The notes under the pieces are model-generated. The model saw only the letters and a program-made list of their open reading frames with translations, did not search any database and was not told where the DNA came from. Shown one piece after another: positions 12,155-20,000 of a DNA stretch of 20,000 nucleotides. Within the stretch, counting starts at the first letter, position 1. Each line of letters opens with the position of its first letter. Made by a program: the position numbers and the translations under genes. The DNA lies in contig JAXLNO010000230.1 in the NCBI GenBank assembly GCA_038087875.1, positions 420,580-440,579 of the forward strand, written 5' to 3'. Origin of the DNA: Malacoraja senta. Its lineage: Eukaryota.

Positions 12155-15100
12155 TCAGTATCCCGTACCTGCCTTCTCTCCATACCCCCTGATCCCCTTA
12201 GCCACAAGGGCCACATCTAACTCCCTCTTAAATATAGCCAATGAACTGGCCTCAACTACCCTCTGTGGCAGAGAGTTCCAGAGATTCACCACTCTCTGTG
12301 TGAAAAAGTTTTTCCTCATCTCGGTCTTAAAGGATTTCCCCCTTATCCTTAAGCTGTGACCCCTTGTCCTGGACTTCCCCAACATCGGGAACAATCTTCC
12401 TGCATCTAGCCTGTCCAACCCCATAAGAATTTTGTACGTTTCTATAAGATCCCCTCTCAATCTCCTAAATTCTAGCGAGTATAAGCCAAGTCTATCCAGT
12501 CTTTCTTCATATGAAAGTCCTGACATCCCAGGAATCAGTCTGGTGAACCTTCTCTGCACTCCCTCTATGGCTATAATGTCCTTCCTCAGATTTGGAGACC
12601 AAAACTGTACGCAATACTCCAGGTGTGGTCTCACCAAGACCCTGTACAACTGCAGTAGAACCTCCCTGCTCCTATACTCAAATCCTTTTGCTATGAAAGC
12701 TAACATACCATTCGCTTTCTTCACTGCCTGCTGCACCTGCATGCCTACTTTCAATGACTGGTGTACCATGACACCCAGGTCTCGCTGCATCTCCCCATTT
12801 CCTAATCGGCCACCATTTAGATAATAGTCTGCTTTCCTGTTTTTGCCACCAAAGTGGATAACATCACATTTATCCACATTATACTGCATCTGCCAAACAT
12901 TTGCCCACTCACCCAGCCTATCCAAGTCACCTTGCAGTCTCCTAGCATCCTCCTCACAGCTAACACTGCCCCCCAGCTTAGTGTCATCCGTAAACTTGGA
13001 GATGTTGCCTTCAATTCCCTCATCCAGATCATTAATATAAATTGTAAATAGCTGGGGTCCCAGCACTGAGCCTTGCGGTACCCCACTAGTCACTGCCTGC
13101 CATTCTGAAAAGGACCCGTTTACTCCTACTCTTTGCTTCCTGTTTGCCAGCCAGTTCTCTATCCACATCAATACTGAACCCCCAATACCGTGTGCTTTAA
13201 GTTTGTATACTAATCTCTTATGTGGTACCTTGTCGAAAGCCTTCTGAAAGTCCAGATACAACACATCCACTGGTTCTCCCCTATCCACTCTACTAGTTAC
13301 ATCCTCGAAAAATTCTATAAGATTCGTCAGACATGATTTACCTTTCATAAATCCATGCTGACTTTGTCCAATGATTTCACCACTTTCCAAATGTGCTGCT
13401 ATCCCATCTTTAATAAGTGACTCTAGCAGTTTCCCCACTACCGATGTTAGACTAACTGGTCTGTAATTCCCCGTTTTCTCTCTCCCTCCCTTCTTAAAAA
13501 GTGGGGTTACGTTTGCTACCCTCCAATCCTCAGGAACTACTCCAGAATCTAAAGAGTTTTGAAAAATTATCACTAATGCATCCACTATTTCTGGAGCTAC
13601 TTCCTTAAGTACTCTGGGATGCAACCTATCTGGCCCTGGTGATTTATCGGCCTTTAATCCATTCAATTTACACAACACCACTTCCCGACTAACCTGGATT
13701 TCACTCAGTTCCTCCATCTCCTTTGACCCGCGGCCCCCTGCTATTTCCGGCAGATTATTTATGTCTTCCTTAGTGAAGACGGAACCAAAGTAGTTATTCA
13801 ATTGGTCCGCCATATCCTTGTTCCCCATGATCAATTCACCTGTTTCTGACTGCAAGGGACCTACATTTGTTTTAACTAATCTCTTTCTCTTCACATATCT
13901 ATAAAAAGTTTTGCAGTCAGTTTTTATGTTCCCTGCCAGTTTCCTTTCATAATCTATTTTCCCTTTCCTAATTAAGCCCTTTGTCCTCCTCTGCAGGTCT
14001 CTGAATTTCTCCCAGTCCTCTGGTATGCTGCTTTTTCTGGCTAATTTGTACGCATCATCTTTTGCTTTGATACTATCCCTGATTTCCCTTGTTATCCACG
14101 GATGCACTACCTTCCCTGATTTATTCTTTTGCCAAACTGGGATGAACAATTTTTGTAGTTCATCCATGCAGTCTTTAAATGCCTTCCATTGCATATCCAC
14201 CGTCAACCCTTTTAGAACTAATTGGCAGTCAATCTTGGCCAATTCACGTCTCATACCCTCAAAGTTACCTTTCTTTAAGTTCAGAACCGTTGTTTCTGAA
14301 TTAACAATGTCACTCTCCATCCTAATGAAGAACTCAACCATATTATGGTCACTCTTGCCCAAGGGGGCACGCACAACAAGACTGCTAACTAACCCTTCCT
14401 CATTACTCAATACCCAGTCTAGAATAGCCTGCTCTCTCGTTGGTTCCTCTAAATGTTGGTTTAGATAACTATCCCGCATACATTCCAAGAAATCCTCTTC
14501 CTCAGCACCCCTGCCAATTTGATTCACCCAATCTATATGTAGATTGAAGTCACCCATTATAACTGTTTTGCCTTTGTTGCACGCATTTCTAATTTCCTGT
14601 TTGATGCCATCCCCAACTTCACTACTACTGCTAGGTGGCCTGTACACAACACCCACCAGCGTTTTCTGCCCCATAGTGTTTCGCAGCTCTACCCATACCG
14701 ATTCCACATCCTCCAAGCTAATGTCCTTCCTTTCCACTGCGTTAATCTCCTCTCTAACCAGCAACGCTACCCCACCTCCTTTTCCTTTCTCTCTATCCCT
14801 CCTGAATATTGAATATCCCTGGATGTTCAGCTCCCAGCCTTGGTCACCCTGGAGCCATGTCTCCGTGATCCCAACTATATCATAATCATTAATTGCTATC
14901 TGCACGTTCAACTCGTCCACCTTATTACGAATGCTCCTTGCATTGAGACACAAAGCATTCAGGCTTGTTTTTACAACGCTCTTACCCCTTATACAATTAT
15001 GTTGAAAAGTGGCCCTTTTTGATTTTTGCCCTGGATTTGTCTGCCTGCCACTTTTACTTTTCACCTTGCTACCTATTGCTTCCGCCCGCATTTTACACCC

Positions 15101-15454
15101 CTCTGTTTCTCTGCTCACCCATTTAAGAACCCCACCACCTCTTATTCTCTGTTTATTATAGTTTTCTTCTTCCCCCCCTACATGTTGGGTCTGAGTGCTT
15201 TCCTTCTCTGCCTCCTGCCTCACACACTGTCTAATAGCATTCTCCATTTGAGTCCCTCCCCCCAACCATTCTAGTTTAAAGTCTCCCCAGTAGCCTTTGC
15301 AGATCTCCCCGCCAGGATATCGGTCCCCCTCAGGTTCAAGTGCAACCCATCCTTTTTGTACAGGTCGAACCTTCCACAAAAGAGGTCCCAATGATCCAGA
15401 AATTTGAATCCCTGCCTTCTGCACCAGTCCTTCAGCCACGCATTTATCCTCCAC
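12155..15454 (-). CDS. CR1 ORF2: APE endonuclease plus reverse transcriptase, uninterrupted; true start uncertain
   Basis: APE motifs LNARS, ITETW, GGGVA, YRPP, GDFN, SDH. RT motifs YRPVSLTS, QHGF, LDFQKAFD, GVPQGSVLGP, FTDD. The first 60 codons overlap ORF1. Confidence 0.95.
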   Translation of the reverse strand: MEDKCVAEGLVQKAGIQISGSLGPLLWKVRPVQKGWVALEPEGDRYPGGEICKGYWGDFKLEWLGGGTQMENAIRQCVRQEAEKESTQTQHVGGEEENYNKQRIRGGGVLKWVSRETEGCKMRAEAIGSKVKSKSGRQTNPGQKSKRATFQHNCIRGKSVVKTSLNALCLNARSIRNKVDELNVQIAINDYDIVGITETWLQGDQGWELNIQGYSIFRRDREKGKGGGVALLVREEINAVERKDISLEDVESVWVELRNTMGQKTLVGVVYRPPSSSSEVGDGIKQEIRNACNKGKTVIMGDFNLHIDWVNQIGRGAEEEDFLECMRDSYLNQHLEEPTREQAILDWVLSNEEGLVSSLVVRAPLGKSDHNMVEFFIRMESDIVNSETTVLNLKKGNFEGMRRELAKIDCQLVLKGLTVDMQWKAFKDCMDELQKLFIPVWQKNKSGKVVHPWITREIRDSIKAKDDAYKLARKSSIPEDWEKFRDLQRRTKGLIRKGKIDYERKLAGNIKTDCKTFYRYVKRKRLVKTNVGPLQSETGELIMGNKDMADQLNNYFGSVFTKEDINNLPEIAGGRGSKEMEELSEIQVSREVVLCKLNGLKADKSPGPDRLHPRVLKEVAPEIVDALVIIFQNSLDSGVVPEDWRVANVTPLFKKGGREKTGNYRPVSLTSVVGKLLESLIKDGIAAHLESGEIIGQSQHGFMKGKSCLTNLIEFFEDVTSRVDRGEPVDVLYLDFQKAFDKVPHKRLVYKLKAHGIGGSVLMWIENWLANRKQRVGVNGSFSEWQAVTSGVPQGSVLGPQLFTIYINDLDEGIEGNISKFTDDTKLGGSVSCEEDARRLQGDLDRLGEWANVWQMQYNVDKCDVIHFGGKNRKADYYLNGGRLGNGEMQRDLGVMVHQSLKVGMQVQQAVKKANGMLAFIAKGFEYRSREVLLQLYRVLVRPHLEYCVQFWSPNLRKDIIAIEGVQRRFTRLIPGMSGLSYEERLDRLGLYSLEFRRLRGDLIETYKILMGLDRLDAGRLFPMLGKSRTRGHSLRIRGKSFKTEMRKNFFTQRVVNLWNSLPQRVVEASSLAIFKRELDVALVAKGIRGYGEKAGTGY

Positions 15455-15594
15455 CTCGCTCCATTCCTACTCTCACTGTCGCGTGGCACAGGCAGTAATC
15501 CCGAGATTGTTACCTTTGCTGTCCTTCTCTTTAACTCCCCTCCTAACTCCCTAAATTCTCCTTTCAGGACCTCTTCTCTTTTTTTACCTATGTC
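15271..15594 (-). CDS. CR1 ORF1 C-terminal part (SGNH/GDSL esterase-like domain), 5'-truncated
   Basis: DIGKKREEVLKGEFRELGGELKRRTAKVTISGLLPVPR...INAWLKDWC...DGLHLN...GETLN*. Truncated inside the GxND block; DxxH motif present. Confidence 0.9.
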   Translation of the reverse strand, partial: DIGKKREEVLKGEFRELGGELKRRTAKVTISGLLPVPRDSESRNGARWRINAWLKDWCRRQGFKFLDHWDLFCGRFDLYKKDGLHLNLRGTDILAGRSAKATGETLN

Positions 15595-16853
15595 AACTTG
15601 TATTATAATGACAGTTTTAGAATATTTTCTTTATCTCTTTAAATATCAGTTATGCTAACATGTGCATGTTTTGGAAATTGATTCTAATCAAAATGTGATG
15701 TGACAGAAAAGACAGAAGTTTACATTTTAAAGAATAGTTCATAATTGTCTTAGTGTTTTGTATTCAGCAGTGTTAATCATATTTTGCTGATCAGAAAATA
15801 TAAAAAAGCCAGTTTGGAGGTTATCTTTGAGCAATTGCGATTGACTTGTTCAGTAAATACATTGCCCAAGGACTGCCACCTTGTAAATGATTATGTGGAA
15901 TTTGTTCTAAAGATGTTTTAAAATATTATTTTCAGACGTATGCACTATTTTGTGTGATATTTTCTCATAAATACATTAGTGCATTGAGATTCCAGGCAAA
16001 GTTGTATATTGCTGAGTAATTTCCTATTAAATTAATTGAACCGCGTTAATTACAAAATATTACTTTTTTAATATCTAATTTTAAGTATTAATTCTGACAT
16101 TGATAGTTGGAGAAACCTGTAAAAAAAAAGCATGTCATACAAAAAAAATTATGATAACTAAAATCAAGATATAATGTCTGTGACTCACTTCTAAGCCAAT
16201 TTATTTAAACAAAGGGGTGTGTTGTTTTTTGTCTGCTGCAATTTTGGTTTATAATAAAGGCAAGTGATGAAAGTTATTTTCCAAAATGGAAAACAACCAG
16301 CTTTACTGAAATGGAAAATTGTGCTTGGAGTCTTGCTTGAAGTATATATTAATTTTGATTTTTGACTCGTGTGATGTGGGCGCTGTAAAGAAGTAATGTA
16401 AATACAAAAGGCGAATTATCCTTTGTTCCTACTGAAGCTATCAATTTTATTTGGTTGAATAACCAATATTGCTTTAATTAATTTACTAAAAAATACAGAA
16501 TCTTTGCCAGATACTAGAGGTCTAAACACTAAATAATAGCTGCAGTGGTAGTAATGTGTGTGAAAATATTTGCACCATGTTAATTTGTCAACAATATTGT
16601 AATTTTTATTAGATTCTGGAGAGAATGATAATATTCACAATAACCAGTAATTCCATTTACATTTTTTGACCAGTTCACCTCAATCAGTTATATCAATATC
16701 TTAAAAAATGCATGCATATGTTCCTTTTCCTAGCATTACAGATGTCCCAAAACATGATGCCATTTTATTCTGCTGATTTTCTCGTTCAGTTTCAATAGTC
16801 AGTATGACTCTTTTTTGTGTAAGAAGAAACTGCAGATGCTGGTTTAAACCGAC

Positions 16854-17162
16854 TACTTACTTACTTACTGCCTATTATGCCTCCTGGCATGTAGGGCAGC
16901 AACGAAGGTCCTCCACTCAGTAGTGTTGATTCCTTCAGTTGCTGTTTCCATAACATAGTTGTTTTACGAGACAGGGTTGTTAGCCCTGTGCTCAACCTCC
17001 AACCTGGAGGACCAGTGGATCGCTCTTCGTCTCGCCTCTACCCTTCAACCGGTCCAGCATGGGAGACCCTAACAGGAGACGAATCTCCCGCTGGCAAAGC
17101 TCTAGGGGTCACTGAGACACACAAGCTCCCCGACCACGACAAGGTTGCAATCCAACTGGGAG
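16854..17162 (-). mobile_element. Bipartite non-autonomous RTE-clade retroelement (5'UTR joined to 3' end)
   Basis: 13-bp duplication GGTTTAAACCGAC (16841-16853, 17163-17175). Minus strand starts with an RTE-like leader (CAACCTTGTCGTGG...GGGCTAACAACCC...CGTAAAA) and ends EWRTFVAALHARRHNRQ* plus a (TAAG)n tail. Confidence 0.8.
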
Positions 17163-17247
17163 GGTTTAAACCGACGATAGACACAAAAAGCTGGAGCAAC
17201 TCAGCAGGACAGGCAGCATCTCTGGAGAGAAGGAATGGGTGACGTTT

Positions 17248-17285
17248 TGGGTCTGAAGAAGGGTCTCGGCCCGAAACGTCACCCA
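17248..17285 (+). ncRNA. Minimal type I hammerhead ribozyme motif
   Basis: UGGGU-CUGAAGA-A-GGGU(CUCG)GCCC-GAAA-C-GUC-ACCCA: 5-bp stem I, 4-bp stem II, palindromic ACGU stem III; predicted cleavage after C17280. Confidence 0.65.
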
Positions 17286-17843
17286 TTCCTTGTCTCCAGA
17301 GATGCTGCCTCTCCCGCTGAGTTGCTCCAGCTTTTTGTGTCAGTGACTCTTTTTTGTACTGATATGGTATGTATTTTTTGTAATGATATGGTAAGTGTGA
17401 AAGGAAAGAAAGTCTAATGAAAATCAACAATTGGTATTGTGACATAATATCCTATTTTGTTGGCTGCCAGATAATTTCATGCCACTTCCAAATATTAGCA
17501 AGAGTGAAAAGGTTCAAATAAAATTGGATTGTATATATTTTTGTAAGATATTTAGCAGATATTGTGATTTAGCACACGTTCAAAATAGAGAATACATTAA
17601 ACAGCTGCCAGATGCATTCTATTTGATGAAACAGGTCAATCAATTGACTTTCCTTCATTCAGATTTCTGTCACCAATAGACCTGACAAGTATAGTTTGTG
17701 AACCTTCTATTCTTTAAAATTTATCAAGCTGTTGACTACATGTTGTCAGAAACCAAGTACTCTTCACTCATCTCCCTTTCCTCCACCATAAGAACAAGTC
17801 CCTTACTGTCTCATACCTAAACTTCTCATCCTTCATGGTCTTA

Positions 17844-18137
17844 AACCCCTGTCTCATGGTGCGAGTCTACCCATGAGTAATCCCGAGTTAAATCACGTAG
17901 AATTAACGTAGCGGGTACGTCGGAGCTCGTGGACGTAACTTAGAGACTCGTAACGCTAACGGCAGGTACTCGGGAAACCTGTTAACTCGTGAAAATGTTT
18001 CAACATGTTGAAAGATTTCCACGAGTCAAATTTACTCTTGAAGAAAAAATTTGAGACTTTTAAACTCGTTGTAATACCGTAGTAGCCCGTGAGTTTACCG
18101 TAGTGACTCGTGAGTTTACCGTATTAACTCGTGGATA
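17844..18137. mobile_element. Harbinger-type MITE relative with only one TIR visible
   Basis: TTA then AACCCCTGTCTCATGGTGCGAG; internal GTAGCGGGTACGTCGGAGCTCG and CTCGTAACGCTAACGGCAGGTACTCGGGAA shared with 1872-2202. Ends in 21-bp tandem units; no right TIR found. Confidence 0.75.
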
Positions 18138-19349
18138 CTATCTATGTTTATGTTGTTTTTTGCCTGTTTGAGCATGTTTTCATTTTTTTGGGATACTCCC
18201 ACATTTTCTAAAGCTTAGTGTTGAAAAGCGTTTTACGAATCCGTTTGATTCTCACTGTTTGTTTACTTCTGTGCACAATAAAAGAGAGTTCTTTGTTATC
18301 AAAATCAAATTGATGTCTGCAGGTCTTCATTTTAATATCATTCCAAAGTCTCATGACTTGAATGTAAATCATAATAAAACACAAAATAGAGTGATACAAT
18401 CTATTCACATCTTGATTCTCACAATCATTTGTGAGAGTTAAGGACTCAGGTGCCTCATATGCTGTGCTTTTTAAATGTAAAACAGTTGAACCTCTCAGTA
18501 GATCAGAAAATAAGACGAACAGCACGGTGAATGAGAAAACAGTCTTTATTCATCTTGTTCAATACATATAGCGCATTTTTGCACATATTGAGAAAAGGAG
18601 CACCACAGCAAACAACACAGTGGTTTGAAAAAGGGCTACTCATACATGTCAATTAACAAATAAAACACAAAGAAGTATTTCCAGTACTTCCTCTCATTCA
18701 GCTGAGAAATGGAGCACAAGCCTAAATTCTGGCTATAAAACAGACAATGCAATGCACTCAATGGCTATGTTTTGAGATCTACCTACACTAATCAGACAAG
18801 CAGATGCATGATAATCACTGCTTCAAGAACAGACAGATGCAATGAAATTATTTACACTAAAATGAAAATATAAATCCACACTTAGTTAAATCAAACAAAG
18901 TCAGCAGGATTTAAACTGAATTTGTCTGCATGTGGGCTCTCCTCATGCAATGGTGTACCTGTTGTCGGCTGTCCCTCAAAGTAAACTGTCCAGCCACGGC
19001 ACACTACCCAATATTGAATTGTAGTATGCAATTTTTGCTTTTGCACTCTTTTATACAACTTTTGCACTCTTAAGGTCGTTTGCTCTACTGCAATTGTTCT
19101 CATCGCTGGTTCACGGAGTTAGACTTTGCCATCAGCCAGGCTTGTGCTGGAGCTGTCAGGCAATTTCAATAGCCCGGGGTAGCAGATTTGAGAGCTTTGA
19201 CAAAATTTAAGGCAGCAACATCCTGGTGCACAAAACAGTGCTTTGTTCCTGCAGCAGTTATCTTTAAAATCATGCCCCTGAACAACTCATGAAGATGTTT
19301 TATTTCCGTGTTAAAGAAGTTATCCGTGGATTTTGCTCCCGTGCATCAG

Positions 19350-19610
19350 AGCTCCCGTGGATTTTGAAGCAACAGCAACAAAGAGAAGCAGGAGAAAGCA
19401 CTGATTGGCTCTAGCCTGAGTGGGAGGAGAGTTAGAAGTGAGTCAGAGGGGGAAAACAGTTGAAAAGGAGGGGCAAAGCACCGGCAGACGTTACTCAAAG
19501 CTCCCATGGATTTTGAAGCAACAGCAACAAAGAGAAGCAGGAGAAAGCACTGATTGGCTCTAGCCCGAGTGGGAGGAGAGTTAGAAGTGAGTCAGAGGGG
19601 GAAAACAGTT
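19350..19610 (+). repeat. 112-bp direct repeat (period 149) upstream of a CR1 ORF1
   Basis: 19350-19461 and 19499-19610 differ at two positions; each contains TGATTGG (reverse CCAAT) and TGAGTCA (AP-1 consensus). Confidence 0.9.
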
Positions 19611-19809
19611 TAAAACTGAGGAATTTGGTTTGTAAATTGGTAAATTAGGCAATTTATCAGTCAATATAAGCAGGACGGCTCTTAGGGAGCGGCAGTGAGG
19701 GAAGTGCCCTGTGAGAAAAGTGCGAGTCTTTGGCTCGAGAGTCTTCGGCGAGGAGGCTGAGGAGAGGAGGCTACGCAAAATGCTGGAGAGGGAGAGACGA
19801 AAGAAGGAG

Positions 19810-20000
19810 ATGTCAAGCAAGCTGATTCAGTGTGATGCTTGCAGTATGTGGGAAGTCAAGGACACTGCTGGTGCCTCTGGCTGCTACAAATGTGAGAAGT
19901 GCATCCAGGTACAGCTCCTGAAGGACCGTGTTGGGGAACTGGATAAGCAAGTGGATGACCTCAGGTTTGTCCGAGAAACTGAGTCGTTCCTCGACAAGTC
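19810..20000 (+). CDS. CR1 ORF1 N-terminus (zinc finger/leucine zipper); element runs off the right edge, 5'UTR from about 19330
   Basis: MSSKLIQCDACSMWEVKDTAGASGCYKCEKCIQVQLLKDRVGELDKQVDDLRFVRETESFLDK: CxxC...CxxC followed by heptad repeats. Absent from the ORF track because no stop is reached. Confidence 0.85.
   Translation, partial: MSSKLIQCDACSMWEVKDTAGASGCYKCEKCIQVQLLKDRVGELDKQVDDLRFVRETESFLDK

Larger units (their letters stand above)
12063..15595 (-). mobile_element. Young 5'-truncated CR1 LINE
   Basis: ORF1 3' part, complete ORF2, 3'UTR and an 8-bp tandem tail (TCTATGTA x2). Possible ACTT duplication at 12059-12062 and 15596-15599. Confidence 0.96.
16819..17343. mobile_element. Short fold-back Penelope-derived element carrying an RTE-derived insertion
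   Basis: Flanking 14-bp direct repeat TGACTCTTTTTTGT (16805-16818, 17344-17357); inverted arms at about 17180-17248 and 17274-17341. Confidence 0.8.

Noticed and set aside
15274..15454. ATG at 15454 as the true ORF2 start
   Set aside because: It lies inside ORF1 coding sequence. Entry at the ORF1 end, by frameshift or at the ATG at 15247, is more plausible.
15895..15910. GTGGAATTTG resembling the start of the next KDM4 exon (VEFEDGS)
   Set aside because: No AG acceptor precedes it and it continues VEFVL; the next exon is not visible in the window.
16960..17162. Twister or HDV-like ribozyme in the RTE leader
   Set aside because: I could not identify the conserved core nucleotides or pseudoknot by eye; an Infernal/Rfam search would be needed.
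18077..18135. 21-bp tandem units as a CRISPR-like array
   Set aside because: No unique spacers, eukaryotic context, and the units lie inside a MITE.
18891..19330. Short minus-strand open frames (70 aa and about 50 aa)
   Set aside because: No recognisable domain or splice support; length is consistent with chance.

Overview
Vertebrate genomic DNA; the repeat families suggest a cartilaginous fish (skate/ray/shark), which is inference. The window is almost entirely intronic. One 120-nt coding exon of a KDM4-family histone demethylase (double Tudor region, + strand, 4653-4772) sits among dense transposable elements. These include five CR1 LINE pieces (one with an uninterrupted ORF2, one 5' end with ORF1 start), a full-length Passport-like Tc1/DD34E transposon inserted in a SINE, and three PIF/Harbinger-type MITEs. 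There are also tRNA-derived SINEs, a Rex1/Babar tail, Penelope-like remnants and four short Penelope-derived elements carrying hammerhead-ribozyme cores. One of these contains a bipartite non-autonomous RTE element. The most notable observation is a correctly phased U_UUA_AAC slippery heptamer directly before the CR1 ORF1 stop, which would shift ribosomes -1 into the ORF2 frame. All family assignments rest on recalled motifs, not database searches.
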